Shown: positions 1-10,543, counted from the first letter of the stretch. The stretch is 58,028 nucleotides of DNA from an uncultured beta proteobacterium (GCA_903958565.1 CAJBTJ010000255.1:1-58028); one strand, 5' to 3'. Notes: generated by a model from the sequence alone, not told the origin. Made by a program: numbers and translations.

Positions 1-1515
1 ATCAAAACTCTCCTCATCGGACGCCTCGATCGCCTGCTGATCTAGCAACGACTGTGTGGCTTGCGCTTGGGCTGCCGCTAGCTCGGCTGGGGTCAATCCT
101 CTTTTGCGCAGTTCTTCAGCGTGGATCTTGCTCATGCTTAATGCCTGATCATGGAAAGACCCACCAGATCGTTTGAGTTGTTCGAGAAACTGGGCAGAGG
201 GTGTCTGTTTGGGGTCGCTGACTTTGGCGCGCTGAGCGTCTACAGCCGAAACATAGTGAGCATCGCCAAGTGCGTGACCGAAAGTCTGCGCACAGCGTGC
301 TATTTGATCAAGGAGCTCGTTCGCCCAGTCGGCTAACGGAAGCTCAAGTCCATTTTGCTTGAGCAGCAGCCCAGGCTGTCGGCCTTGTTTAACGACGTGT
401 GCAAAGTTTGCAGCGCTTTCTGGACACCAACCGCTATCGGTGAACTCGGGGCTTTCTTCTAGCGCACAAAACAGTAAGAATGCGTCGACAAAGCGTGCTG
501 TTTGCGCAGAGATGCCAATGGATTCGTTTGGATCAATGTCTAGACAGCGCACCTCGATATATTGCACACCACGTTCGGCGAGCGCAGTGATGGGGCGTTC
601 GCAAGGACCTGTTGTGCGTTTAGGACGAATGCTTGAGTAGAATTCGTTCTCAATTTGCAATACATTGGTGTTCAGTTGAGTCCATTCGCCACTGCGGTGG
701 GTGCCGATCTCTTGGTACGGGGGCCATGGTGTCGTCACGGCGTCGTACAGGCGCTGCAAAAACATATTGAGATCGTTGTAGCAGAGCTTCAGGCCTGACT
801 GCGCCTTGTTTTGGTAACCCAGGTCACTCATGCGTAGGCTGGTGGCATAAGGTAGATACATCGTGTTTGGAGTCAGTGACTCAAGGTTGCCGACATTTCC
901 ACGTAGAAAGTCTGTCGATACGGCTGGCGAGGCGCCAAACAAATACATGAGCAACCAGTTGTAACGAGTGAAGTTTCGGATTAACGCGATATAACCGGCA
1001 GAGCGGCGGTCTTGTGCGCTCTCTTGTTTAAGATCGAGTAGATCCCAGATGCCTTCGTCGAAGGAAAAGTTGTAATGCAGGCCAGCGATGCATTGCATCG
1101 TCTTGCCGTAACGTGCAGCCAGTCCGCGTCGGTACACGTGCTTAATCATGCCGGTATTTGAGGTGCCGTACCACGCGATTGGGATATCGGCATCCGCGGG
1201 TAAGTGGGCTGGCATAGAGTGATTCCACATCAGCTCGCTGGGCATCGTTGTGGCCACGACGCGATGGATCTGGTCGATCTCGGCGATGAGCGCATCGACC
1301 GTCGTGTGGGTGCCCGTGATGAGCTCAAGCAGCGCTTCGGAGTAGTCAGTCGTTACGCGGGGATGGGTGAGGGCAGAGCCCAGCGCAAGCGGGTGTGCTT
1401 TCATGGAAAGCAGTCCGACTTGATCAACGCGTAGGCCTTCTTTTTCGATTCCGCGTAGGGACTGGCGCAGAACGGCGGGACGCGCAAGCAGTCGTTCGAG
1501 GCGGGTAGACAACAT
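1..1515 (-). CDS. gshA: Glutamate--cysteine ligase (3' end runs off window)
   Basis: Manual translation from ATG at 1515 gives MLSTRLERLLARPAVLRQSLRGIEKEGLRVD, then HPLALGSALTHPRVTTDYSEALLELIT and YATSLRMSDLGYQ, all GshA motifs. Missing from the ORF track because there is no stop inside the window. Confidence 0.95.
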   Translation of the reverse strand, partial: MLSTRLERLLARPAVLRQSLRGIEKEGLRVDQVGLLSMKAHPLALGSALTHPRVTTDYSEALLELITGTHTTVDALIAEIDQIHRVVATTMPSELMWNHSMPAHLPADADIPIAWYGTSNTGMIKHVYRRGLAARYGKTMQCIAGLHYNFSFDEGIWDLLDLKQESAQDRRSAGYIALIRNFTRYNWLLMYLFGASPAVSTDFLRGNVGNLESLTPNTMYLPYATSLRMSDLGYQNKAQSGLKLCYNDLNMFLQRLYDAVTTPWPPYQEIGTHRSGEWTQLNTNVLQIENEFYSSIRPKRTTGPCERPITALAERGVQYIEVRCLDIDPNESIGISAQTARFVDAFLLFCALEESPEFTDSGWCPESAANFAHVVKQGRQPGLLLKQNGLELPLADWANELLDQIARCAQTFGHALGDAHYVSAVDAQRAKVSDPKQTPSAQFLEQLKRSGGSFHDQALSMSKIHAEELRKRGLTPAELAAAQAQATQSLLDQQAIEASDEESFD

Positions 1516-1643
1516 AGACACGAGATGGCCTTTAAACTTTGTGAGACAGTTCATTTTAAGCTACCAGCCCTTGAGCGCGGTGAGCACTAAAATCAAAGGT
1601 AATTTGAAGACTTCAAAGACATTTTTGTAAATGGACCAACGAG

Positions 1644-2150
1644 ATGCGCAAATTCATATCCCTCTGGCTATTGTGGGTACCCTTGGGGTGGCTGTCTGGT
1701 TGCACGCCTGAGCACAACTGGCGCGAACTGCTTGTCGCCGACGATCGTGCCGTGGTGATGTTTCCTGCCCGCACGCAAACCGAGCAGCGCAAGATCGAGG
1801 TGCAAGGGCTGAACCTAGCGTTCTCGCTAACCTCTGCTGCAGTGGGCGATGCAGTGTTTTCTGTTGGTTACGCTGCTCTGGATGAAACCGTAGACCCGGC
1901 CAAGGCACAGATGCTCGTTGACGCGTTTGTTCAGGCGCTTTATCGGCGGGTCGGCCAAAGTGTTCCGCCGCAGGCTGCATCGGGTGAGGTTTTCACACTT
2001 GAGACGGATGTGAACGGTCGGCCTTCCCGGTTACTGGGCAGAGTGCTCGTGCATCGTGGGATGCTGATCCAGGTTGTGGTTTCAGGCCCGACACAATCGC
2101 TTTCACGCGAGAACGCCTCAGAGTTCATGCGATCGTTGGTGCTTCGCTAG
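1644..2150 (+). CDS. Hypothetical lipoprotein
   Basis: Signal peptide with lipobox LSGC followed by TPEHNWRE; 168 aa; divergent from gshA. Confidence 0.75.
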   Translation: MRKFISLWLLWVPLGWLSGCTPEHNWRELLVADDRAVVMFPARTQTEQRKIEVQGLNLAFSLTSAAVGDAVFSVGYAALDETVDPAKAQMLVDAFVQALYRRVGQSVPPQAASGEVFTLETDVNGRPSRLLGRVLVHRGMLIQVVVSGPTQSLSRENASEFMRSLVLR

Positions 2151-2394
2151 TTGGCACAGCCGATTGCGGGGTAACGGCGGCGTGTGGCGCGCAATTGAGC
2201 AAACCTAAGCGCAATGCTTGAGCAACGCCTGCCTGTCGCCCATAAACTTTTAGTTTGGCGCAGGCGTTGCGAAGATGAAAATTCACTGTGCGTTCGGTTA
2301 GTCCAAGGATCAGGCCGGTTTCCCAGCTGGTCTTTCCTTTGGATACCCACTCTAGGCATTGCATTTCGCGCCCGGTGAGTCGTGGCGTGGTCAT
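2125..2394 (-). CDS. LuxR-family HTH-only transcriptional regulator (quorum-sensing LuxR-type C-terminal domain)
   Basis: LTGREMQCLEWVSKGKTSWETGLILGLTERTVNFHLRNACAKL. Start placed at ATG 2394, preceded by AGGGAG RBS; 89 aa. Confidence 0.85.
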   Translation of the reverse strand: MTTPRLTGREMQCLEWVSKGKTSWETGLILGLTERTVNFHLRNACAKLKVYGRQAGVAQALRLGLLNCAPHAAVTPQSAVPTSEAPTIA

Positions 2395-2490
2395 ATAGCT
2401 AGGTCTCCCTGCACAGTCGACATAATTAGCTAGTTTGCCTTGGCGGCCTGTATTTGGAAATTCGCAAAACCCCTGTGATGCGCACTTCTT

Positions 2491-2520
2491 TTGTAAGTAA
2501 GTGTCTGACAATGTTAAACT
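2491..2520 (+). promoter_or_regulatory. Putative sigma70 promoter of metX
   Basis: TTGTAA (2491-2496), 18 bp spacer, extended -10 TGnTAAACT (2512-2520). Predicted +1 falls just before the riboswitch. Confidence 0.45.
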
Positions 2521-2531
2521 TTGTACTCAGT

Positions 2532-2588
2532 TGGCGCCGATTTGCTTGATCCGCTTGCGGGCGCCTCATAAATCCCGCTAAAGAAGGT
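2532..2588 (+). ncRNA. SAM-II riboswitch
   Basis: GGCGCC-GATTTG...CCGCTTGC-GGGCGCC-TCATAAATCCCGCTAAAGAAGG has the SAM-II layout: P1 GGCGCC/GGCGCC, conserved GAUUU, AUAAAU, GCUAAA. It ends on the Shine-Dalgarno a few nt before the metX ATG. Confidence 0.9.
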
Positions 2589-2592
2589 CCGT

Positions 2593-3810
2593 ATGAAAAC
2601 TACGTCCAGCGCTCAGGACGCTCCCCATGCACTAATAGCCGTCGCACCAGGCTCTGTTGGGGTGGTCCACACGCAGTACATGCATTTTGATGAGCCACTG
2701 CCCTTGGCCAGTGGCCAAACGCTTGAGGCCTATGATTTGGCGGTCGAGACCTACGGCACGCTCAATGCGCAGGCGAGCAACGCCGTGTTGATTTGTCATG
2801 CCTTGAATGCTTCACACCATGTGGCAGGCGTCGCGGCGGATAATCCGGATGACATCGGCTGGTGGGACAACATGGTCGGGCCTGGCAAACCAGTCGACAC
2901 CGATATATTTTTTGTCATAGGCATCAACAATCCAGGTTCTTGTTTTGGCTCAACGGGACCTGCATCGATTCGGCCAGAGACCGGCAAACCTTGGGGCGCA
3001 GCATTCCCCGTGCTTACAGTTGAGGACTGGGTACAAGCGCAAGCGCGTGTCGCGGACCGTCTGGGCGTGAAGACGTTTGCCGCCGTGATGGGCGGATCCT
3101 TAGGCGGAATGCAGGCCTTAAGTTGGGCGATGACTCTACCTGAACGCGTAGCCCATTGCGTTGTTGTCGCAAGTACGCCTCGACTCTCCGCGCAAAATAT
3201 TGCTTTTAATGAGGTTGCCCGCCGCGCCATCATCACGGACCCAGAGTTTCATGGTGGCGATTATTACGCCCATGGAGTTGTGCCTCGCAACGGCTTGTCC
3301 GTGGCCCGCATGGTCGGACATATTACCTATCTATCCGATGATGACATGGCTGAAAAGTTTGGCCGCACACAGCGTGCACCCGCCGCGGGAGGCGCCTATC
3401 ACTATGGGTATGGTGTTGAGTTCGAGGTGGAGTCTTATCTGCGGTATCAGGGTGAAAAGTTTTCAAAGTACTTTGACGCAAATACTTATTTGTTGATTAC
3501 GCGAGCCCTGGATTATTTTGATCCCGCACGTGAGGCCGAGGGAGACCTTGCTCGCGCACTCCAGCCTGCCGTCGCAGATTTTTTACTTGTATCCTTTACG
3601 ACTGATTGGCGGTTTTCCCCTGCGCGCTCGCGCGAAATTGTTCGCGCCCTTTTACAAAATGGACAGCCAGCGACGTACGCTGAAATCGACGCGCCACATG
3701 GTCACGATGCCTTCTTGCTCGATGATGCGCGTTACCATGGCGTGATGCGTGCCTATTTTTCGAGGATTGCGGCGGGATTGACGCAGATTAATCGCGAGGT
3801 GCAGTCATGA
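2593..3810 (+). CDS. metX: Homoserine O-acyltransferase MetX (succinyl- or acetyl-CoA dependent)
   Basis: [17 protein letters not shown] nucleophile elbow, FDANTY, HGHDAFL. Confidence 0.96.
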   Translation: MKTTSSAQDAPHALIAVAPGSVGVVHTQYMHFDEPLPLASGQTLEAYDLAVETYGTLNAQASNAVLICHALNASHHVAGVAADNPDDIGWWDNMVGPGKPVDTDIFFVIGINNPGSCFGSTGPASIRPETGKPWGAAFPVLTVEDWVQAQARVADRLGVKTFAAVMGGSLGGMQALSWAMTLPERVAHCVVVASTPRLSAQNIAFNEVARRAIITDPEFHGGDYYAHGVVPRNGLSVARMVGHITYLSDDDMAEKFGRTQRAPAAGGAYHYGYGVEFEVESYLRYQGEKFSKYFDANTYLLITRALDYFDPAREAEGDLARALQPAVADFLLVSFTTDWRFSPARSREIVRALLQNGQPATYAEIDAPHGHDAFLLDDARYHGVMRAYFSRIAAGLTQINREVQS

Positions 3811-4418
3811 GTCCGCAGTTTTCTCAGATGAGTCTGCGCGCAGATTTGGTGCGAATCGCTCAATGGGTGCGTCCCAACAGTAGCGTGCTCGACCTCGGGT
3901 GTGGTGACGGCGCACTGCTCGGGCACCTCAAACAAACCAAAGGTATTCGTGGGGTAGGCGTTGAGATCAGTGATGAGCGCGTGTTGTCTTGCGTGCAACG
4001 CGGCGTGCATGTGATTCAGCAAAACCTCGAAGACGGGTTGGCCATGTTCGACGACCAGCAATTCGATACGGTGGTCTTGTCGCAGACCTTGCAGTCGATG
4101 CATCGTACTGAGCATATTCTGCGCGAAATGGTGCGCGTCGCGCGTGAGGCAATCGTCTCCTTTCCTAATTTCGGTTATTGGCCACATGGCTGGTCGATTT
4201 TGCGAGGACGCATGCCTGTGACGGGCCAAATGCCCTATGACTGGTATGACACACCAAACATACATCTGTGCACCCTTAAAGACTTCGAACGACTCGCAGC
4301 GAAGTTCGACTTTACGATTCTTGAGCGCGCAACCTTTAACGACGAGCGCGAAGTGAAGTCTTTCGCCGGATGGCGAAGTACGCTGGCGGCTTATCGCTTT
4401 ACGGCTGCTCGGTCATGA
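3807..4418 (+). CDS. metW: Methionine biosynthesis protein MetW
   Basis: [12 protein letters not shown] motif, [19 protein letters not shown]; ATGA overlap with metX. Confidence 0.95.
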   Translation: MSPQFSQMSLRADLVRIAQWVRPNSSVLDLGCGDGALLGHLKQTKGIRGVGVEISDERVLSCVQRGVHVIQQNLEDGLAMFDDQQFDTVVLSQTLQSMHRTEHILREMVRVAREAIVSFPNFGYWPHGWSILRGRMPVTGQMPYDWYDTPNIHLCTLKDFERLAAKFDFTILERATFNDEREVKSFAGWRSTLAAYRFTAARS

Positions 4419-5686
4419 GCGAAGCGCTTCGCGAACCCAGCCTCCGAGCCTCGCAGCTTTACACGCGTCGACGCGTTGCGCCCTTGCTGGCTCTGGGTTT
4501 TGCGAGCGGTTTACCACTTGCGCTGACGGGAGGCACGTTGCAAGCGTGGGCGACGGTCGAGCAGGTCTCGTTACAAGAAATTGGTTTTCTGACTCTAGTC
4601 GGTACGGCTTACACCCTTAAATTTTTGTGGGCCCCAGTGATTGATCGTTATGCGCCCCCATTTTTAGGGCGCAGGCGTGGCTGGATGCTCATCATGCAGA
4701 TATTGCTTGCATTAGGGATGATGGCGATGGGGTTAATGTCCCCCGGCCAGAGCTTGTTGCCGCTCGCTTTGCTTGCGGTAGCAGTGGCTTTTTGTTCTGC
4801 GACGCAAGACATTGCGTTCGATGCATACCGTAGCGATGTTCTGCAAAAAGAGGAGCGCGGTGCGGGCGCTGCGCTATCCGTGTTGGGGTATCGACTGGCG
4901 ATGCTCGTGTCGGGTGGCTTGGCCTTAATACTGGCTGATCAGTGGCTTGGCTGGGGGCAGACCTATGTGTTGATGGGGGTGCTGATGCTGATTGTCGCAA
5001 TGGCGACCTTTTGGGCACCAGAACCTGCCGTACCCGCCCAGACGCCACGTTCGTTAGCGCGTGCAGTTGTTGAGCCCTTTAAAGAGTTTTTTTCGCGACC
5101 CGAGGCATGGACCGTACTTTTGCTGATTGTTCTATACAAGCTTGGAGATGCCTTTGCCGGCGCGTTGTCGACCACCTTTCTGATTCGTGCGGCCGGATAT
5201 ACGGCGACCGAGGTGGGTACAGTCAACAAGCTCTTGGGGCTGACAGCGACAATTGTTGGTGCCTTGACCGGCGGAGCATTGATGGCCAAGCTTGGCTTGT
5301 ACCGCTCGTTGCTATTGTTCGGCTTGTTGCAGGCCGTATCCAACTTGGGGTTTTGGTTGATTTCGGTGGGACCCCATAACGTGTGGCTCATGGCAGCAGG
5401 TGTTGGGTTGGAAAATTTGTGTGGCGGAATGGGGACGGCAGCCTTTGTGGCGTTGCTGATGGGGCTGTGCAATCGTGAATTTTCTGCGACGCAGTTCGCG
5501 CTGTTGTCTGCTCTGTCGGCAGTGGGGCGCACCTACCTTGCGGGCCCACTCACGCCACCATTGGTTCACTACGCGGGCTGGCCAACATTTTTTCTGCTGA
5601 CTGTTGGTATTGCTTTGCCGGGATTGCTACTACTTCGTTGGCGCCGGGCCGATATTGAGCGGATCGACGAACGCACCGACGCCTAA
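4415..5686 (+). CDS. ampG: AmpG muropeptide MFS permease
   Basis: LGFASGLPLALT, KFLWAP, GRRRGW, SATQDIAFDAYR. Start placed at ATG 4415, overlapping the metW stop. Confidence 0.92.
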   Translation: MSEALREPSLRASQLYTRRRVAPLLALGFASGLPLALTGGTLQAWATVEQVSLQEIGFLTLVGTAYTLKFLWAPVIDRYAPPFLGRRRGWMLIMQILLALGMMAMGLMSPGQSLLPLALLAVAVAFCSATQDIAFDAYRSDVLQKEERGAGAALSVLGYRLAMLVSGGLALILADQWLGWGQTYVLMGVLMLIVAMATFWAPEPAVPAQTPRSLARAVVEPFKEFFSRPEAWTVLLLIVLYKLGDAFAGALSTTFLIRAAGYTATEVGTVNKLLGLTATIVGALTGGALMAKLGLYRSLLLFGLLQAVSNLGFWLISVGPHNVWLMAAGVGLENLCGGMGTAAFVALLMGLCNREFSATQFALLSALSAVGRTYLAGPLTPPLVHYAGWPTFFLLTVGIALPGLLLLRWRRADIERIDERTDA

Positions 5687-5708
5687 CAGACGTGATCTTT
5701 ATTCGGCG

Positions 5709-6500
5709 TTACGATAGACTGAAGTCGTAATCGATAGTGAGTGGCGCATGGTCCGAGAAGCGCTCATCTCTATAAATGCCCGTGCTACGGGCCTTGGCCG
5801 CTAAGCCCGGTGTGGCGAGTTGGTAGTCTAAACGCCAGCCAACGTTCTTGGCCCAGGCTTGTCCGCGATTACTCCACCAGGTGTATTGCTCTGCGCGCTC
5901 GTCGAGCTGCCTGAAGACATCTACAAACCCGATCTCTGCAAGTACATGAGTGACCCATGCGCGCTCCTCTGGTGTGAAGCCGGAGTTTTTTTGATTTGAT
6001 TTCCAGTTTTTCAGATCGATCTCTTTATGGGCAATATTCCAATCTGCACAAATTACATATTCACGTTTGGTGTTTTTGTGATCATCCATCAGCGCTTGCA
6101 TCCAGGGGCCGAACTGAGCTAGAAAGCGGAATTTCGCTTCCTGGCGCTCTGGTCCGCTCGACCCCGACGGAAGGTAGGCGCTAATCACGGATAACTTTGG
6201 CCAGTCGGCGCGGATAATACGACCCTCGCTGTCGAATTCTGGGCAGCCGAACCCCGTGATGATGGCGTTGGGATCTTGCTTGAGGTATATCCCCACACCG
6301 CTGTAGCCCTTTTTCTCTGCTGCGTAGAAGTGTCCCGTGTAGTCATGGGGATGTTTTAGATCTTCGTGGATGTCATCCAAATGAGCCTTAAGCTCCTGGA
6401 GGCAGACGATATCGGCTTGATGCTGCTTGAGCCAGGTTGCGAGCCCCTTGTTGTAAGCCGAGCGGATGCCGTTCAAATTGAGTGAAGTGATGCGCAGCAA
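5709..6500 (-). CDS. xth: Exodeoxyribonuclease III / AP endonuclease family
   Basis: NLNGIRS, CLQELK, GYSGV, YTWWS, GWRLDY, SDHAP; TTG start. Confidence 0.92.
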   Translation of the reverse strand: MLRITSLNLNGIRSAYNKGLATWLKQHQADIVCLQELKAHLDDIHEDLKHPHDYTGHFYAAEKKGYSGVGIYLKQDPNAIITGFGCPEFDSEGRIIRADWPKLSVISAYLPSGSSGPERQEAKFRFLAQFGPWMQALMDDHKNTKREYVICADWNIAHKEIDLKNWKSNQKNSGFTPEERAWVTHVLAEIGFVDVFRQLDERAEQYTWWSNRGQAWAKNVGWRLDYQLATPGLAAKARSTGIYRDERFSDHAPLTIDYDFSLS

Positions 6501-6563
6501 GGAAAAGCTCCTAGTCGGTGAGATAATTGCGGGTAGTTAAGTTTATCAACGTGGGGTCATGCC

Positions 6564-7238
6564 ATGTCCAACAGTACAGATCGTGGTGCTTTCGTGCAAT
6601 TTGCTCTTGATGAGGGCGTTTTGCGGTTTGGCAGTTTTGTGACCAAGTCCGGTCGCACGAGCCCCTACTTTTTTAATGCAGGCTTGTTTGATTCGGGAGC
6701 CTCGGTCGGCCGTCTGGCGCAATTTTATGCCCAAGCCCTCGTTGATGCGAAGTTGCCGTTTGATATGTTGTTTGGACCCGCGTACAAAGGTATTCCTTTA
6801 GCTACCGCAACGTCCGTAGCGCTGGCCGCTCACCCAGCGATGGTGGGACGAGATATTCCCTTCGCCTATAACCGCAAGGAAGCAAAGGATCATGGTGAGG
6901 GCGGTGTGTTGGTGGGCGCCCCGCTTACAGGGCGCGTTGTGATCATCGATGATGTCATTACAGCGGGCACTTCGGTTAAAGAGTCGGTCGAAATCATCGA
7001 GGCTGCAGGGGCCACACCTTGTGCAGTGCTTATCGCGATGGACAGGATGGAACGTGCGGGCCCTGATGGGGCGCTTTCACCACATTCGGCCGTGCAGGAA
7101 GTCCACCAGCGTTATGGCTTGCCTGTTGTAAGCATTGCTTCACTGGATGACATCCTTGAGTTGTTAAAAAACAATCAAGAATTTGCGCAGTATCAGGATG
7201 CCGTGTTGACATACCGGAAACGTTACGGCATCACATAA
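6564..7238 (+). CDS. pyrE: Orotate phosphoribosyltransferase
   Basis: [42 protein letters not shown]. Confidence 0.97.
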   Translation: MSNSTDRGAFVQFALDEGVLRFGSFVTKSGRTSPYFFNAGLFDSGASVGRLAQFYAQALVDAKLPFDMLFGPAYKGIPLATATSVALAAHPAMVGRDIPFAYNRKEAKDHGEGGVLVGAPLTGRVVIIDDVITAGTSVKESVEIIEAAGATPCAVLIAMDRMERAGPDGALSPHSAVQEVHQRYGLPVVSIASLDDILELLKNNQEFAQYQDAVLTYRKRYGIT

Positions 7239-7243
7239 GCACG

Positions 7244-8701
7244 CTAAGCGTCGAGTTTTGCTTTGAGCAAATCGTTGACTTGCTGAGGGTTCGCTTTGCC
7301 TTTGGCGGCTTTCATGATTTGTCCGACCAGCGAATTAAACGCTTTTTGTTTACCTGCGCGATATTCAGCGACGATCGTGACCTGTTCTGCCAGAACCGCA
7401 TCAATCATTGCTGAGATCGCACCCGTGTCGTTGATTTGCGTCAAACCTTTTGCTTGAATAATGGCGTCCGCTTGGCCGCCATGCTCACCAAGCCACATCG
7501 CGGCGAATACATCACGAGCGATTTTGTTCGAAATCGTGCCGTCAATAATGCGCATGAGTAGTGCGCCAAGCATCTTGGCGCTGACAGGGCACTGCGCAAT
7601 CGTTTTTTCTTCGCGATTCAGCGCGGCCGACACTTCGCCCATCATCCAGTTTGCGGCGAGCTTGGCTTGTCCTTCTGACAGAGATTGGTTCAGCTCTTCA
7701 AAGTACCCGGCAAGTTCTCGGCTGCTTGTGAGTTGCGCGGCATCGACGGCGGCGAGGCCATATTCGTTGACGAAACGGTCGCGCAAGTCGCTCGGAAGTT
7801 CCGGCATCGACTGACGGACTGCCTCAATCCAGCTTTGCGCGATGACCAGCGGGGGTAGGTCAGGATCTGGGAAGTAGCGATAGTCGTGCGCATCTTCTTT
7901 ACTGCGCATACTGCGTGTTTCGTCGCGGTCTGAATCGTAAAGCCGGGTCTCTTGAACTACTCTGCCCCCGTCTTCAATTAGTTCGATTTGGCGGCGTACT
8001 TCATATTGAATCGCGCGTTCGAGGAAACGAAAGGAGTTTACGTTTTTAATTTCACAGCGCGTACCGAGTTCTTTCTGACCTTCTGGGCGTACGGAGACGT
8101 TGGCGTCGATACGAAAGGATCCCTCTTGCATATTGCCATCACAAATACCTAGCCACATTACTAAACTGTGTAGGGCTTTGGCGTAAGCGACGGCTTCCGC
8201 GGCAGAACGCATCTCTGGCTCGGAAACGATCTCTAGCAAGGGTGTGCCTGCACGGTTGAGGTCGATACCAGTGGAGGATTCGCCGTGAGGCCCCACAAAG
8301 TTGTCGTGCAAAGACTTGCCGGCATCTTCTTCCAAATGTGCACGGGTCAGGTTGACGGTTTTTTCAGTGTCGCCAACAAAAAAACTAATCGATCCGCCTA
8401 ATACAACGGGGATTTCAAATTGACTAATTTGATAGTTTTTCGGCGAATCAGGATAGAAATAATTTTTCCGCGCGAAGATTGAGCGCGGTGCGACGGCTGC
8501 GCCGACCGCTAAGCCAAAGCGTATGGCGCGATCCACCGCAGCGCGATTCATGACGGGCAATGAGCCAGGCAATGCGAGATCGACTTCGTTGGCTTGAGTG
8601 TTGGGCAGCGCACCGTACTGGGTGCTGCTACCGGAAAAAATTTTGGTCTGGGTCGAAAGCTGTGTATGCGTTTCGAGTCCGATGACGATTTCCCATGCCA
8701 T
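7244..8701 (-). CDS. gatB: Asp/Glu-tRNA amidotransferase subunit B
   Basis: [35 protein letters not shown]. Confidence 0.97.
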   Translation of the reverse strand: MAWEIVIGLETHTQLSTQTKIFSGSSTQYGALPNTQANEVDLALPGSLPVMNRAAVDRAIRFGLAVGAAVAPRSIFARKNYFYPDSPKNYQISQFEIPVVLGGSISFFVGDTEKTVNLTRAHLEEDAGKSLHDNFVGPHGESSTGIDLNRAGTPLLEIVSEPEMRSAAEAVAYAKALHSLVMWLGICDGNMQEGSFRIDANVSVRPEGQKELGTRCEIKNVNSFRFLERAIQYEVRRQIELIEDGGRVVQETRLYDSDRDETRSMRSKEDAHDYRYFPDPDLPPLVIAQSWIEAVRQSMPELPSDLRDRFVNEYGLAAVDAAQLTSSRELAGYFEELNQSLSEGQAKLAANWMMGEVSAALNREEKTIAQCPVSAKMLGALLMRIIDGTISNKIARDVFAAMWLGEHGGQADAIIQAKGLTQINDTGAISAMIDAVLAEQVTIVAEYRAGKQKAFNSLVGQIMKAAKGKANPQQVNDLLKAKLDA

Positions 8702-10233
8702 TATGCTTGCCCCGCAATGCGTTGATGCCAGTCGGTTGTTTGCTGATATTGGTGTGCAATCGCAAGCAGTCGCCCTTCATCAAAATAGTTGCCAATGATT
8801 TGTAGGCCGACGGGAAGTTGCAGCCCCGCGGCACCACGACCAAAACCGCAGGGAATCGACATGCCGGGAAGACCCGCCAAATTTAGACCGAGCGTATAGA
8901 CATCGGCCAACCAGTCAGCGGTGGGGTCATCTTGGCTGTGCCCAATGGGTGCAGCGACGGTGGGAGTGACTGGGCCCATGATGACGTCGCATTGTGTGGT
9001 CAAGGCGGCTTGAAAATCGTCGGCAATCATTCTGCGCAGCCGCTGTGCTTGCAAGTAGTAGGCGTCGTAGTAGCCGTGGGAGAGCACATACGTGCCGATC
9101 AGAATACGTCGCTGCACCTCAGGGCCAAAGCCCTCGGCACGAGAACGCGCTGTCATGTCGGCCAGATCGGTATAGCTCTCACTGCGGTGTCCGTAACGCA
9201 CACCGTCATAGCGCGACAAATTGCTTGAGGCCTCTGCCGGCGCAATCACGTAGTAGGCAGGGATTGAAAGCTGTGTACGTGGCAAGGAAATGTCGACGCG
9301 TGTGGCGCCGAGCGCCTCAAATTGCGCGATCGCAGCTTCGACGGCTTGAGCGACTTCATTGTTGAGGCCGTCGCCGAAATATTCGCGCGGCACACCAATA
9401 CGCAGGCCTTTCAGCGGTTGCGCGCCTTGCGCTGCATAGTGCGCATTGGCGGATTGATACGCGCCGCGGATACGTCCCGGTGCGTTTGCAACGCCGAGAC
9501 ATTGTTCTGCGCTCGTGGCGTCGCGAGGATCAAAACCACTCATCGAGTCGAGAAGTTCGACGAGGTCGGCCGCATTGGCCGCAAGAGGGCCTGCCTGATC
9601 GAGACTCGACCCGTAGGCAATCATTCCGTAACGTGAAACGGCGCCATAGGTGGGCTTGATCCCACTGACGCCGCATAATGCAGCGGGCTGTCTGACTGAG
9701 CCGCCTGTGTCTGTGCCCGTGGTGGCCATCACAAGCTTGGCTGCCACGGCAGCGGCTGAGGCGCCTGAGGAGCCGCCGGGCACTGCGCTCAGATCCCAGG
9801 GGTTACGAGCTGGCCCGAAGGCAGAGTGCTCGTTGCCCGAGCCCATTGCGAATTCATCGCAATTGAGTTTGCCTAGGCTGACGCAGCCGGCTTCGCGCAG
9901 TTTGCGCACCACCGTCGCGTCAAAGGGGCTGATGTAATTTTTAAGCATGTTGCTGCCGGCGGTACTGCGCCAGCCTTCGGTCACAAATAGGTCTTTGTGC
10001 GCGATAGGTATGCCCGTTAAGGGGCCTGCAGTGCCCGCCGCAAGGCAAGCGTCTGCTGCGCGAGCTTGTGCCAGCGTGAGCTCGGCATCGATATCGATAA
10101 AAGCATTGAGTGCTGCTTGCTCTTGGATTTGTTTAAGGCAGTCTTGTGCAAGTTCGGTGGCGCTAAGCTGACGGGCAGATAGCGCCCGACCCAGCTGCGC
10201 AAGGGAGTTGAACTGGAGCAGGGTGTTCGACAT
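8701..10233 (-). CDS. gatA: Asp/Glu-tRNA amidotransferase subunit A
   Basis: Amidase signature [33 protein letters not shown]. Start placed at ATG 10233, just after the gatC stop. Confidence 0.96.
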   Translation of the reverse strand: MSNTLLQFNSLAQLGRALSARQLSATELAQDCLKQIQEQAALNAFIDIDAELTLAQARAADACLAAGTAGPLTGIPIAHKDLFVTEGWRSTAGSNMLKNYISPFDATVVRKLREAGCVSLGKLNCDEFAMGSGNEHSAFGPARNPWDLSAVPGGSSGASAAAVAAKLVMATTGTDTGGSVRQPAALCGVSGIKPTYGAVSRYGMIAYGSSLDQAGPLAANAADLVELLDSMSGFDPRDATSAEQCLGVANAPGRIRGAYQSANAHYAAQGAQPLKGLRIGVPREYFGDGLNNEVAQAVEAAIAQFEALGATRVDISLPRTQLSIPAYYVIAPAEASSNLSRYDGVRYGHRSESYTDLADMTARSRAEGFGPEVQRRILIGTYVLSHGYYDAYYLQAQRLRRMIADDFQAALTTQCDVIMGPVTPTVAAPIGHSQDDPTADWLADVYTLGLNLAGLPGMSIPCGFGRGAAGLQLPVGLQIIGNYFDEGRLLAIAHQYQQTTDWHQRIAGQA

Positions 10234-10234
10234 C

Positions 10235-10543
10235 TTATTCAATAACCTTCGGGACCAGAAATAAGCCCTGAGCCGAGCCGGGGGCGTTGGCCATGAGCGC
10301 AGCCCGGCGCTCCACCGATGATATTTCGGTCACTTGGTCCTCACGCAGGCGCAGGAATACCTCTGACACCGCAGATAAAGGGTGAGCCAGAGGCTCTACG
10401 CCAGTCGTATCCACTGCTTGTAAGGTTTGAATGATGCCTAGAATCTTGTTTAGGTCCGTTTTAGCCTGCGCTTGCTGTGCTTCGGTTAGGTGCAGCCTTG
10501 CCAGGCGGGCGATACGGACGACTTCTTGGTCAGTGAGAGCCAT
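10235..10543 (-). CDS. gatC: Asp/Glu-tRNA amidotransferase subunit C
   Basis: [17 protein letters not shown]...[12 protein letters not shown]...FLVPKVIE. Confidence 0.95.
   Translation of the reverse strand: MALTDQEVVRIARLARLHLTEAQQAQAKTDLNKILGIIQTLQAVDTTGVEPLAHPLSAVSEVFLRLREDQVTEISSVERRAALMANAPGSAQGLFLVPKVIE

Noticed and set aside
151-1434. Short plus-strand ORFs at the window start
   Set aside because: All lie antisense to gshA, which explains the region.
2395-2511. In-frame upstream extension of the LuxR ORF (128-aa version)
   Set aside because: TTG start without RBS, overlaps the metX promoter, and shows no similarity to an autoinducer-binding domain. ATG 2394 has a good RBS.
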